Source: Mobula hypostoma
Taxonomy: Eukaryota
DNA length: 64,000 nt
Reading direction: 5' to 3'
Assembly (NCBI RefSeq): GCF_963921235.1
Contig: NC_086097.1
Span: 103,976,001 to 104,040,000 of the forward strand
Shown here in pieces: positions 39,891 through 52,194 of this stretch. The notes beneath the pieces are model-generated. The model saw nothing but the letters and a program-made list of their open reading frames with translations, had not been told where the DNA came from and made no database searches. The number at the start of each line of letters is the position of its first letter. Within the stretch, counting starts at the first letter, position 1. A program made the translations under genes and the position numbers.

Positions 39891-40388
39891 CCTTTTAAAT
39901 CTGCCGCGCTGCACTGCCCTACGTCACACGCCTGCGCAGTCCCGCCTCTCAGAAAGCCGTTGGAGAAAAAAAAATAACGAAAATTTCAAAAATCTCTTTT
40001 TCGGCACTCCCACTCAGACTCTCAGACTCCTTCTTCGAATCAAATCCGAAGCAGGATGTCTGCCCTTTTAAATCTGCCGCGCTGCACTGCCCGACGTCAC
40101 ACGCCTGCGCAGTCCCGCCTCTCAGAAAGCCGTTGGAGAAAAAAAAATAACGAAAATTTCAAAAATCTCTTTTTCGGCACTCCCACTCAGACTCTCAGAC
40201 TCCTTCTTCGAATCAAATCCGAAGCAGGATGTCTGCCCTTTTAAATCTGCCGCGCTGCACTGCCCGACGTCACACGCCTGCGCAGTCCCGCCTCTCAGAA
40301 AGCCGTTGGAGAAAAAAAAAAATAACGAAAATTTCAAAAATCTCTTTTTCGGCACTCCCACTCAGACTCTCAGACTCCTTCTTCGAAT
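39891..40388 (-). repeat. ~173-bp tandem monomers x~2.9 at the CR1 5' end
   Basis: Near-identical units start at 39891, 40064 and 40237 (plus-strand coordinates). Confidence 0.95.
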
Positions 40389-41023
40389 GTGGACATGTGG
40401 ACCAGGGATTCACGGAGGGACCGATCCCTGCGGAAAGCGGAGAGGGGTGGAGAGGGAAAGATGTGCTTAGTGGTGGGGTCCTGTTGAAGGTGGCGGAAGT
40501 TGCGGAGGATAATGTGCTGGATCTGGAGGCTGGTGGGATGGTAGGTGAGGACAAGGGGAACTCTGTCCCTGTTGTGGTGACGGAGGATGGGGTGAGGGCT
40601 GAAGTGCGGGAAATGGAGGAGATGCGGGTGAGGGCATCATTGATGACAGCAGAAGGGAAACCACGATCCTTAAAGAAAGAGGACATTTGAGATGTCCTGG
40701 AACGGAAAGCCTCATCCGGGGAGCAGATGCGGCGGAGATGGAGGAACTGGGAATAGGGAATCGCATATTTGCATGTGACAGGGTGGGATGAGGTATAGTC
40801 GAGGTAGTTATGAGAGTCAGTGGGCTTGTAGAAGATGTCAGTGGACAGTCTGTCTCCAGAGATGGAGACCGAGAGATCGAGAAAGGGGAGAGAAGTGTCC
40901 GAGATAGACCAAGTGAATTTGAGGGCTGGGTGAAATTGACAAGCTCAGCATGGGTGCAGGAAGCAGCACCAACGTAGTCGTCAATGTAGCGAAGGAAAAA
41001 GTTGGGGAGCAGTACCAGTATAG

Positions 41024-42474
41024 TCATAGTCATAGTCATACTTTATTGATCCCGGGGGAAATTGGTTTTCATTACAGTTGCACCATAAATAATAAATAGT
41101 AATAACACCATAAATAGTTAAATAGTAATATGTAAATTATGCCAGGAAATAAGTCCAGGACCAGCCTGTTGGCTCAGGGTGTCTGACCCTCCAAGGGAGG
41201 AGTTGTAAAGTTTGATGGCCACAGGCAGGAATGACTTCCTGTGACGCTCTGTGTTGCATCTCGTTGGAGTGAGTCTCTGGCTGAATGTACTTCTGTGCCC
41301 AACTAGTACATTATGTAGTGGATGGGAGACATTGTCCAAGATGGCATGCAACTTGGACAGCATCCTCTTTCACCATCAGAGAGTCCAGTTCCATCCCCAC
41401 AACATCACTGGCCTTACGAATGAGTTTGTTGATTCTGTTGGTGTCTGCTACCCACAGCCTGCTGCCCCAGCACACAACAGCAAACATGATAGCTCTGGCC
41501 ACCACAGACTTGTAGAACATCCTCAGCGTCATCTGGCAGATGTTAAAGGACCTCAGTCTCCTCAGGAAATAGAGACGGCTCTGACCCTTCTTGTAGACAG
41601 CCTCAGTGTTCTTTGACCAGTCCCGTTTATTGTCAATTCGTATCCCCAGGTATTTGTAATCCTCCACCATGTCCACACTGACCCCCTGGATGGAAACAGG
41701 AGTCACCGGTGCCTTAGCCCTCCTCAGGTCTACCACTAGCTCCTTAGTCTTTTTCACATTAAGCTGCAGATAATTCTGCTCACACCATGTGACAAAGTTT
41801 CCTACCGTAGCCTTGTACTCAGCCTCATCTCCCTTGCTTTTGCATCCAACTATGGCAGAGCCATCAGAAAACTTCTGAAGATGACAAGACTCTGTGCAGT
41901 AGTTGAAGTCCGAGGTGTATATGGTGAAGAGAAAGGGAGACAAGACAGTCCCCTGTGGAGCCCCAGTGCTGGTGATCACTCTGTCGGACACACAGTGTTG
42001 CAAGCACACGTACTGTGGTCTGCCAGTCAGGTAATCAAGAATCCATGACACCAGGAAAGCATCCACCAGCATCGCTGTCAGCTTCTCCCCCAGCAGAGCA
42101 GGGCGGATGGTGTTGAATGCACTGGAGAAGTCAAAAAACATGACCCTCACAGAGCTCGCTGGCTTGTCCAGGTGGGCATAGACATGGTTCAGCAGGTAGA
42201 CGATGGCATCCTCAACTCCTAGACGGGGCTGGTAGGTGAACTGGAGGGGATCTAAGTGTGACCTGACCATGGGCCGGAGCAGCTCCAGAACAAGTCTCTC
42301 CAGGGTCTTCATGATGTGGGAGGTCAATGCCACTGGTCTGTAGTCATTGAGACCACTGGGGCGCGGCATCTTTGGCACAGGGACGAGGCAGGATGTCTTC
42401 CACAGCACAGCAACCCTCCGGAGCCTCAGGCTCAGGTTGAATACATGGCGAAGTACTCCACATAGCTGTGGGTC
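41024..42474 (-). mobile_element. Rex1/Babar LINE, 5'-truncated, inserted in the PLE
   Basis: NDYRPVALTSHIMKTLERL, DFSSAFNTI, TGAPQGTVLSPFLF. (ACTATG)n tail. ATAG duplicated at 41020-41023 and 42475-42478. Confidence 0.92.
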
Positions 42475-45199
42475 ATAGGTTTGGAGCATAGACTGTTCCA
42501 GATAACCAACAAAGAGGCAGGCATAGCTGGGGCCCATGCGAGTGCCCATAGCTACACCATTGGTCTGAAGAAAGTGGGAAGAGCCAAAAGAGAAGTTATT
42601 AAGTGTGAGTACCAGTTCTGCCAACTGGAGGAGGGTAGTGGTGGTGGGGAACTGGTGAGGTCTGTTGTCCAGAAGTAGCAGAGGGCTTTGAGGCCTTCTT
42701 AATGGGGAATGGAGGTGTATAAGGATTGGACATCCATAGTGAAAATGAAGCGGTCGGGACCGGGGAACTGGAAGTTATTGAAGAGGTGGAGGGCATGGGA
42801 TGTATCCCGGATGTAGGTGGGGAGGGACTGAACTATGGGTGACAAAGTGGAGTCCAGGTAGGCAGATACAAGTTCGGTGGGACAGGAGCAGGCAGAAGCT
42901 ATGGGTCTACCGGGACAGTCAGGCTTGTGGATCTTGGGGGAGGAGGTAAAACCAAGCGGTACGGGGTGTGGGAATTATAAGTTTAGCGGCTGAGGATGGA
43001 AGGTCTCTGGAGCTGATGAGGGCGGTGATGGTACGGGAGGGAATGGTTTGATGTTTCTTGGTGGGGTCCTGTTCCAGGGGTAACCTAAGAGGAGGTGTCA
43101 GAGAGCTGCCGTTTGCCCTCAGTGAGGTAGAGGTCCGTCCGCCAGACTACTACAGCGTTACCTTTGTCTGCGGGTTTGATGGTGAGGTTGGGATTAGTGC
43201 GGAGAGAGTGGAGGGCAGTGCATTCAGGGGGAGTTAGGTTGGAACAGGCGAGAGGAGTGGTGAAGTGGAGACGGTTGATGTGTCGGCGACATGAGGGAGA
43301 AAATGGCTGTGAAAAGAAGTGGAAGATTTTTAAATATTTAAATCAGTTAAAGCGTGTTTATTTGATTTGGTTTTTAGTTTCTTTTAAGTAATGTTTCTGT
43401 TTTCTGTAATTGAATATGTTTGGATGTCAAAGACAGTGTGAAACAATCAAACAGTAAGAGCTTTGACAGCTAGTGAGGCCACAAAACACTTTAATGAACA
43501 CCCATTAATCCAGAGACCCATGGTCAATTTTAATTTCAGTTTATTATTTGGAACATGTAAAAAGACATGATGACCACATAAAACATCTGTCTGGTTTGCT
43601 GATGTCCAAGGGCAAGGAACCCTACTCTTCTCCTCATTCTGACGCAAGTGTGACTCTGAAATGACTCTCTGAAATGATCCAGCAAGCTACTCAGTCCAAT
43701 GGCATGTAGGGATGGCCAATAAATGCCAGTTTAAATAACAGAGCAGGAATTCTAAGTTCCAGTAAGACACTGCAGTCAGGTCAAACTATGAGTGCGGTTT
43801 CCCTGTCAAGTTCAAGAGCTGGTGCTCAGCAGTTCCAACATGTTCAGACACTCCTGTGTCCCTTCTACACTATGTGTGCCCAAGGTTTGGAAGTCTGTCT
43901 GTGTCTAAAATCTGAGGCTGAAGTCCAGGGAATTATAAAGCGACTGGCTTCATGTCAGTGTGAGGAAAGTTTACTCAAAGATGTGATAGAAAAAAATTCC
44001 TGCAATTGGAAATATGATGAAGAGCAATTGTGCCATTTCTAAAGGCAGGTCATACTCTGTTGGGATATTTAAACCAGTAACAAAATTATCAAGGAAATGC
44101 AGTAATTGGAATTTATTTTAATGTTCAGTAGGCCTCTGACTGGAGAACACCACATGCACATCTGAAGGCTGAGTGTGTAAAGTTAGTGGGAGGAGCAGAT
44201 CAAAAGCTCCCTACAAAACAGAAAAAAAAAGTAATTGAAGGTTTTGGGTTGGTTTCTTAGGCAGGCAAATGAAGTAGAAGTGGTGTCCCACAGCGAGTGG
44301 AAGTGGTGACCCAATGAGGTCAATGAACACCTCAATATACAGTGTGAGGAAGGAATTTAGTTCCTGTCTGAGAGTTGAGAAAAAGTTGACATCAGCATTA
44401 CTGTACCAGACATTGTGCAAAGTTCAAAGTAAATTTATTATCAAAGTACGTATATGTTACCATCTGCTATCTCGAGATTCATTTTCCTGCAAGCATTTAA
44501 AAGAAATATGATTGAAACTATGAAAAACCATACAGAAACAAAGACTGACAAATAACAATGTGCAAAAGACAAACCATGCAAATAAAAAAAATAATACTGA
44601 GATCATAAGCTGCAAGAGGTCGTAAGATCGATTTGGAGTTTTGGTAGTTGAATTTATCCATGCTGGTTCAGGAGCATGATATTGTAAGGTAAGGCTGTAA
44701 GGAGCCTAAGGCTTCTGTAGCTCCTGTCTGATGGCAGCAGCAAGAACAGAGCATGGCCTGGATGTTGGGGGTGTTTCTTGTGCCAGCACTCCAGGTAAAT
44801 GTACTCAATTCGTGCACATTCAGCTGCAGCTGTCTGGTGAGGTGGAAAAAGTATGGTCAACTGGATGCTAATAAAAAGAGGAACCATTCCTCTTGTTCCA
44901 CTCCCCTGTATTTAGTCACACTTCAAGTCAGGACAACGCTTTTTCTGCAGCACTTTTTACCATTTCAGGAGATACAAAAGCATTTCACAGCCAAGGAAAT
45001 ACAAACCAAACGTTGCTCGTTTGGCGGGGGGGGGGGGGGAGGCATGGAGGCGTGGAGACGGAGAGGTCTGTGCAGAGTGAAAGCTATTTGAAAACAACAA
45101 AGTCTCACTGGGAGTCACACTTTGGAGTAGCAAGAGAGAGCAAGATCTGTGCAGAGTGAGAGTCATTAAGAACAAGTCCAGCTGGGAAGTGAGTCTCAG

Positions 45200-46510
45200 C
45201 TTGAGCCAATTGAAAGAAGCGAGGCATAAGCAAAACAGCTATTCAATGAGTGGGCAGTGTAGAGTGGAAAAATGAGGATTTGGCAAGAAGAGGTGGAGGC
45301 ATAGGTGAGTAGCAGGTAAGAACAGGTATGGGTTTTTCATTGTATAGGGTATTAGTTTTATAGAACTAAAAAGATATCAAATCACAACAAATTAAATAAA
45401 CTCTGGATGCAGGATCAAGTGATGTGTTGTAGCTGCATGATGTGGAGCTGCTGGAAGCCATTGAGGTACCTGGTGACCACATCTACAGCAAGTTTTAGCT
45501 GCTCAAGGAACTCAGGCTCAAAGTTAATGGTCTGAAATCTGAGTTTCAAACACTGCAAGACATCAGGGAAGGAGAAAGTTACCTGGACAGTCATATCTAT
45601 TAGATTAAATAGTTCAAATTTGGTCTGTGGCGGTGACAAAAGGTTGTGAATGCAAGTGAGGTGGGGAAGGAAATCCAAGAGGTTGTGTTGGAGGAGTCGG
45701 CCCTTGAGCTGGCCCTATAGGGACGAGATGGTTGCTCTCTGTGGCGATGAGTGTGAGGCTGTAGGAAGGATGAGCAATTGAACTATGGCACTATGGTTCA
45801 GGGAGCTACTTAAGAGGGGTGAGAGAAGAGAAATGTAGTTGTGACTAGGAATAGTATAGTCAGAGGAATAGACACAATTCTCTGTCACAAGGATCAAGAG
45901 GCCAACGACTGTGTTGTCTCCCTGGTGCTCGGGTTCATTTGCACAGGAATTTGGAGTGGACGGGAGAGATCCAGTTGCTGTGGTCCATGTGGGTTCCAAC
46001 GACACAGAAAGAACAGGGAAAGAAGTCCTGTTGAGGGAATTTGAGCAGATAGGAGCTACGCAAGTTAAAATGCAGAATCAAAAAGGTAATGATCACTGGA
46101 TTGTTACCTGAGCCATGTGCAAAGGGTTAATAGGATCAGAGAGCCAAAAGCGTGGCTCAAAGATGTATGTAAGACAAGTGAATTCGAATATGTGGGACAC
46201 TGGCAGCACTATTGGGGAAGGAGGGAGCACTTCCCATAGAACAAGCTCCACCTGAAACATGCTGGGACTAGGGTCCTGGCAAATCACCTAACTAGGGCTG
46301 TAGTAAGTGCTTTGAATTAAATAGCACCTGGAGTGAGTTCAATAGTTTGGAATGGTGAGGATAAAGTAAAAGGGAAGGAGTGTGCAGGAGAGATTATGAA
46401 AGTCTCCAGAATAAAGAAACAGACAAAAAGTTTAGAAAGAAATAGATTTTAACTTCTGGTAACATGGAGACAAAATTGAAAAGGGTGATGAACACATGAC
46501 TGAGGGTGTT
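45200..46510 (+). mobile_element. Old CR1 5' part (ORF1 remnants)
   Basis: NSIVRGID and VVHVGSND esterase remnants. Confidence 0.65.
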
Positions 46511-46679
46511 ATACCGCACAGGACCAAAAGAAGCTGCAGAGGGTTGTAAATCTAGTCACTGTCACGTGGCACAGGCAGTAATCCCGAGATTATTACCTTT
46601 GTGGTCCTGCTTCTCAGCTTCTTTCCTAACTCCCTGTAGTCTGTTTTCAGGACCTCCTCCCTTTTCCTACTCTGGTTAT

Positions 46680-48312
46680 TGTAGGGATGACTGACAGTGG
46701 ACTGAAAAGCTTGAGCATGCAGATATTAAGGAAGAGGATATGCTGGAGCTTTTGGAAATCATCAAGTTGGATAAGTCACCGGGAATGGATAAGATATACC
46801 CCAGGCTACTGTGGGAGGTGAGGGAGGAGATTGCTAAACCTCTATCAATGATCTTTGCATCATCAATGGGGATGGGAGAGGTTCCGGAGGATTGGAGGGT
46901 TGCAGATGTTGTTTCCTTATTCAAGGAAGGGAGTAGAGATAGCCCAGGAAATTGTAGACCAGTGAGTCTTACTTCAATGGTTGGTAAGTTGATGGAGAAC
47001 ATCATGAGAGGCAGGATTTATGAACATTTGGAGAGGCATAATATGATTAGGAATAGTCAGCATGGCTTTGTCAAAGGCAGGACACGCCTTACAAGCCTGA
47101 TTGACTTTTTTGAGGATGTGACTGAACACATTGATGAAGGAAGAGCTGGAGATGTAGTGTATATGGATCTCAGCAAGGCATTTGATAAGGTACCCCATGC
47201 AAGGCTTATTGAGAAAGTAAAGAGGCATGGGATCCAAGGGACCTTGCTTTGTGGATCCAGAACTGGCTTGCCCACAGAAGGCAAAGAGTGGTTGTAGACG
47301 GATCATATTCTGCACAGAGGTCAAGTAACCAGTGGAGTGCCTCAGGGATCTGTTCTGGGACCCTTACCCTTCATGATTTTTATAAATGACCTGGATGAGG
47401 ATGTGGATGGATGGGTTTGTAAATTTGCTGATGACGCAAAGGTTGGGGGTGTTGTGGATAGTGTGGAGGGCTGTCTGACGTTACAGCGGGACATCGATAG
47501 GATGCAAAACTGGGCTGAGAAGTGGCAGATTGAGTTCAACCCAGATAAGTATGGATGGTTCATTTTGGTAGGTCAAATATGATGGCAGAATATAGTATTA
47601 ATGGTTAGACTCTTGGCAGTGTGGAGGATCAGAGGGATCTTGGGGTCTGAGTCCATAGGACACTCAAAGCTGCTGCGCAGGTTGACTCTGTGGTTGAGAA
47701 GACATACTGTATTGGTCTTCATCGATCGTGGAATTGAATTTAGGAGCCGAAAGGTAATGTTGCAGCTTTATAGGACCCTGGTCAGACCCCACCTGGCGTA
47801 CTGTGCTCAGTTCTGGTCACCTCACTACAGGAAAGATGTGGAAACTATAGAAAGGGTGCAGAGGAGATTTACAAAGACATTGCCTGGATTGGGGAGCATG
47901 CCTTATGAGAATAGGTTGAGTGAACTTGGCCTTTTCTCCTTGGAGCGACAGAGGATGAGAGGTGACCTGATAGAGGTGTATAAGATGATGAGAGGCTTTG
48001 GTTGTGTGGAGAATCAGAGATTTTTTTCCCAGGCTGAAATGGCTAACACAAGAGGATACAGTTTTAAGGTGCATGGAAGTACGTACAGAGGGGATGTCAG
48101 GGGTAAGTTTTTTTTACGCAGAGAGTGGTGAGTGTGTGGAATGGGCTGCCAGTGACGGTGGTGGAGGCGGAAACAATAGGGTCTTTTAAGAGACTCTTGG
48201 ATAGGTACATTGAGCTTAGAAAAATAGAGGGTTACTTCTAAAAGTAAGTACACGTTCAGCACAGCTTTGTGGGCCGAAGGGCCTGCATTGTGCTGTAGGT
48301 TTTCTATGTTTC
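46680..48312 (+). mobile_element. CR1 RT / 3' fragment
   Basis: [24 protein letters not shown], ttctatgtttct tail. Confidence 0.9.
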
Positions 48313-48885
48313 TGAAATCCCCTTTGACTGTCACAACATTGCCCTTTTTACATACCTTTTCTATCTTCCATTGTAATCTGTGGCACACATCCTGGCTACT
48401 ATTAGCGGGCTTGTATATAACTCATCAGTCTTTTTAACCTTCCATTTTCTTAACTCTACCCACAAGGACTCTACATCTTTTAATCCTATGTCACCTCTTT
48501 CAAAGGATTAGACTAGATTTTTTTTTTACCAGCAGAGCCACCTCGCCCCTCTGCCTATCACCATAAGATGTGGGGGTCTTGGACAAGACAGCACAGCTTC
48601 AGGATAGAGGGGTGTTCATTTAAAACACAGATGTGGAGAAATTTCTTTAGCCAAAGGGTGGAGAATTTGTGGAATTTATCACCGCAGACAGCTGTGGAGG
48701 CCAGGTTGTTGGATGTACTGAAGGCAGAGCTTGATAGGTTTTTGGTTGGACAGAGCATCAAAGGTTATGGGGAGAAGCTAGCAAGTGGGACTGAGGAGGG
48801 GAAAGATGAATCAGCCATGATTGAATGGTGGAGTAGATTCGATAGGCCAAATGGCTTAATTCTGCTCTGTCTTATGGTCTTCTGG
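48313..48885. mobile_element. Two short CR1 remnants (APE piece on minus, 3' end on plus)
   Basis: KGDF remnant on minus. RNFFSQRVENLWN and tcttatggtc tail on plus. Confidence 0.65.
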
Positions 48886-49618
48886 TGATTTTTTTGTTCT
48901 AATTATATTCTTGTACATTTTTTGTATAACATCTGTTTTCTTTGTCTTTTCCTTGGGAGTGCTGCTTATCTCCTGCTGTATCCTGCTACTGCAACTGTGT
49001 TTTTGCACCTGTGCATATGACAATATAATTGACTTTGACTTTAAGTCCACAAGTACTAAAGCATTTTGTATACCAAGAGCAAGGTGGCAACCAGGGAAAA
49101 TGTGACACCCATTAGGCAATAAAAGACAACATGATGTGACAAAGGACATCATGGCTGGAGAAGTTAGGGAGGAAAGTGATGGATTTCTGGAACAAAAAGG
49201 GGAGGCATTCTGTGGATTAAAGCTGAGTAAATGCCCAGGACCAGATGTGATTTACCACAGGCTGCTATGAGAAGCAAGGGATGAGATTTCTGGGACCCTG
49301 TTAGAAATTTCTGAATCTTCACTGGTCACAGGTGAGGTGCCAGATGACTGGAGGAGATCAGCAGGAGGATTAGGATCAGATTCAGAATCAGAATCGGGTT
49401 TATCATCACTGACATGTGACGTGAAATTTGTTAGCTTAGCAGCAGCATTTCAATGGAATACATAATCTAGCAGAGAAAAAATATATAATAATAATAATAA
49501 ACAAAATTTTAAAAATATAAATAAACAAGTAAATCAATTACATATATTCAATAAAGCAACACACATGAAAGTTGCTGGTGAACGCAGCAGGCCAGGCAGC
49601 ATCTGTAGGAAGAGGTGC

Positions 49619-49654
49619 AGTCGACGTTTCAGGCCGAGACCCTTCATCAGGACT
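49619..49654 (-). ncRNA. Minimal hammerhead ribozyme motif, intact core
   Basis: Minus strand reads AGTC-CTGATGA-AGGGTCTCGGCCT-GAAA-CGTC-GACT. Confidence 0.8.
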
Positions 49655-51990
49655 AACTGAAGGAAGAGTGAGTAAGGGATTTGAAAGTTGGAGGGGGAGG
49701 GGGAGATCCAAAATGATAGGAGAAGACAGGAGGGGGAGGGATAGAGCCAAGAGCTGGACAGGTGATAGGCAAAAGGGGATACGAGAGGATCATGGGACAG
49801 GAGGTCCGGGAAGAAAGACAAGGAGGGGTGGGGACCCAGAGGATGGGCAAGAGGTATATGCAGAGGGACAGAGGGAGAAAAAGGAGAGTGAGAGAAAGAA
49901 TGTGTGCATAAAAATAAGTAACAGATGGGGTACGAGGGGGAGGTGGGGCCTTAGCGGAAGTTAGAGAAGTCGATGTTCATGCCACCAGGTTGGAGGCTAC
50001 CCAGACGGAATATAAGGTGTTGTTCCTCCAACCTGAGTGTGGCTTCATCTTTACAGTAGAGGAGGCCGTGGATAGACATGTCAGAATGGGAATGGGATGT
50101 GGAATTAAAATGTGTGGCCACTGGGAGATCCTGCTTTCTCTGGCGGACAGAGCGTAGATGTTCAGCAAAGCGGTCTCCCAGTCTGCGTCGGGTCTCGCCA
50201 ATATATAAAAGGCCACATCGGGTGCACCGGACGCAGTATATCACCCCAGTCGACTCACAGGTGAAGTGTTGCCTCACCTGGAAGGACTGTTTGGGGCCCT
50301 GAATGGTAGTAAGGGAGGAAGTGTAAGGGCATGTGTAGCACTTGTTCCGCTTACACGGATAAGTGCCAGGAGGGAGATCAGTGGGGAGGGATGGGGGGGA
50401 CGAATGGACAAGGGAGTTGCGTAGGGAGCAATCCCTGCGGAATGCAGGGGGGGGAGGGAAAGATGTGCTTAGTGGTGGGATCCTGTTGGAGGTGGCGGAA
50501 GTTACGGAGAATATGTTGGACCCGGAGGCTGGTGGGGTGGTAGGTGAGGACCAGGGGAACCCCATTCCTAGTGGGGTGGTGGGAGGATGGAGTGAGAGCA
50601 GATGTACGTGAAATGGGGGAGATGCGTTTAAGAGCAGAGTTGATAGTGGAGGAAGGGAAGCCCCTTTCTTTAAAAAAGGAAGACATCTCCCTCGTCCTAG
50701 AATGAAAAGCCTCATCCTGAGAGCAGATGCGGCGGAGACAGAGGAATTGTGAGAAGGGGATGGCGTTTTTGCAAGAGACAGGGTGAGAAGAGGAATAGTC
50801 CAGATAGCTGTGAGAGTCAGTAGGCTTATAGTAGACATCAGTGGATAAGCTGTCTCCAGAGACAGAGACAGAAAGATCTAGAAAGGGGAGGGAGGTGTCG
50901 GAAGTGGACCAGGTAAACTTGAGGGCAGGGTGAAAGTTGGAGGCAAAGTTAATAAAGTCAACGAGTTCTGCATGCGTGCAGGAAGCAGCGCCAATGCAGT
51001 CGTCGATGTAGCGAAGGAAAAGTGGGGGACAGATACCAGAATAGGCACGGAACATAGATTGTTCCACAAACCCAACAAAAAGGCAGGCATAGCTAGGACC
51101 CATACGGGTGCCCACAGCTACACCATTAGTTTGGAGGAAGTGGGAGGAGCCAAAGGAGAAATTATTAAGAGTAAGGACTAATTCCGCTAGACGGAGCAGA
51201 GTGGTGGTAGAGGGGAACTGATTAGGTCTGGAATCCAAAAAGAAGCGTAGAGCTTTGAGACCTTCCTGATGGGGGATGGAAGTATATAAGGACTGGACAT
51301 CCATGGTGAAAATAAAGTGGTGGGGGCCAGGGAACTTAAAATCATCGAAAAGTTTAAGAGTGTGAGAAGTGTCACGAACATAGGTCGGAAAGGATTGAAC
51401 AAGGGGTGTTAAAACTGTGTCAAGGTATGCAGAAATGAGTTCGGTGGGGCAGGAGCAAGCTGAGACAATAGGTCGGCTATAGACCGCTTTGCTGAACATC
51501 TACGCTCTGTCCGCCAGAGAAAGTAAGATCTCCCAGTGGCCACACATTTTAATTCCACATCCCATTCCCATTCTGACATGTCTATCCACGGCCTCCTCTA
51601 CTGTAAAGATGAAGCCACACTCAGGTTGGAGGAACAACACCTTATATTCCGTCTGGGTAGCCTCCAACCTGATGGCATGAACATCGACTTCTCTAACTTC
51701 CACTAAGGCCCCACCTCCCCCTCGTACCCCATCTGTTACTTATTTTTATGCACACATTCTTTCTCTCACTCTCTTTTTTCTCCCTCTGAATATACCTCTT
51801 GCCCATCCTCAGGGTCCCCCCCCCCGTCTTTCTTCCCGGACCTCCTGTCCCATGATCCTCTCGTATCCCCTTTTGCCTATCACCTGTCCAGCTCTTGGCT
51901 CTATCCCTCCCCCTCCTGTCTTCTCCTATCATTTTGGATCTCCCTCTCCCCCTCCAACTTTCAAATCCCTTACTCACTCTTCCTTCAGTT

Positions 51991-52026
51991 AGTCCTGACG
52001 GAGGGTCTTGGCCTGAAACGTCGACT
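51991..52026 (+). ncRNA. Hammerhead motif with core variant (CTGACGG)
   Basis: AGTC-CTGACGG-AGGGTCTTGGCCT-GAAA-CGTC-GACT. Confidence 0.6.
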
Positions 52027-52194
52027 GCACCTCTTCCTACAGATGCTGCCTGGCCTGCTGCGTTCACCAGCAACTTTGATGTGTGTTGCTTGAATTTCCA
52101 ACATCTGCAGAATTCCTGTTGTTTACATATATTGAATAGATTTTTTTAAATGTCCAAAAACAGAAATACTGTATATTTCAAAAAAAAGTGAGGT

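Larger units (their letters stand above)
35684..40390 (-). mobile_element. Full-length, apparently intact CR1 LINE
   Basis: Uninterrupted ORF1 and ORF2, (TTCTATGT)n tail, 5' monomer array, GGACAT duplicated at 35678-35683 and 40391-40396. Confidence 0.95.
34950..43290 (-). mobile_element. Second-family PLE split into three pieces (34950-35683, 40391-41023, 42475-43290)
   Basis: GIY-YIG end in 35243-35680. RYIDDYVG at ~40975-41000. GVAMGTRMGPSYA at ~42520-42560. The pieces are collinear once the inserts are removed. Confidence 0.88.
49554..52122. mobile_element. Composite PLE insertion: minus copy (49554-51476) joined back-to-back to an inverted 3' copy (~51482-52122)
   Basis: RT (RYIDD) and GIY-YIG on minus. 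Plus-strand copy of the last ~640 bp. 16-bp TSD TTACATATATT(C/G)AATA at 49538-49553 and 52123-52138. Confidence 0.9.

Noticed and set aside
41311..42624. 437-aa ORF that looks like a PLE/Rex fusion RT
   Set aside because: Chance in-frame junction at the Rex insertion site (TSD ATAG). The Rex catalytic motif is mutated (FSDG).
43788..44042. 84-aa ORF in non-repeat sequence
   Set aside because: No recognisable motif or exon support.
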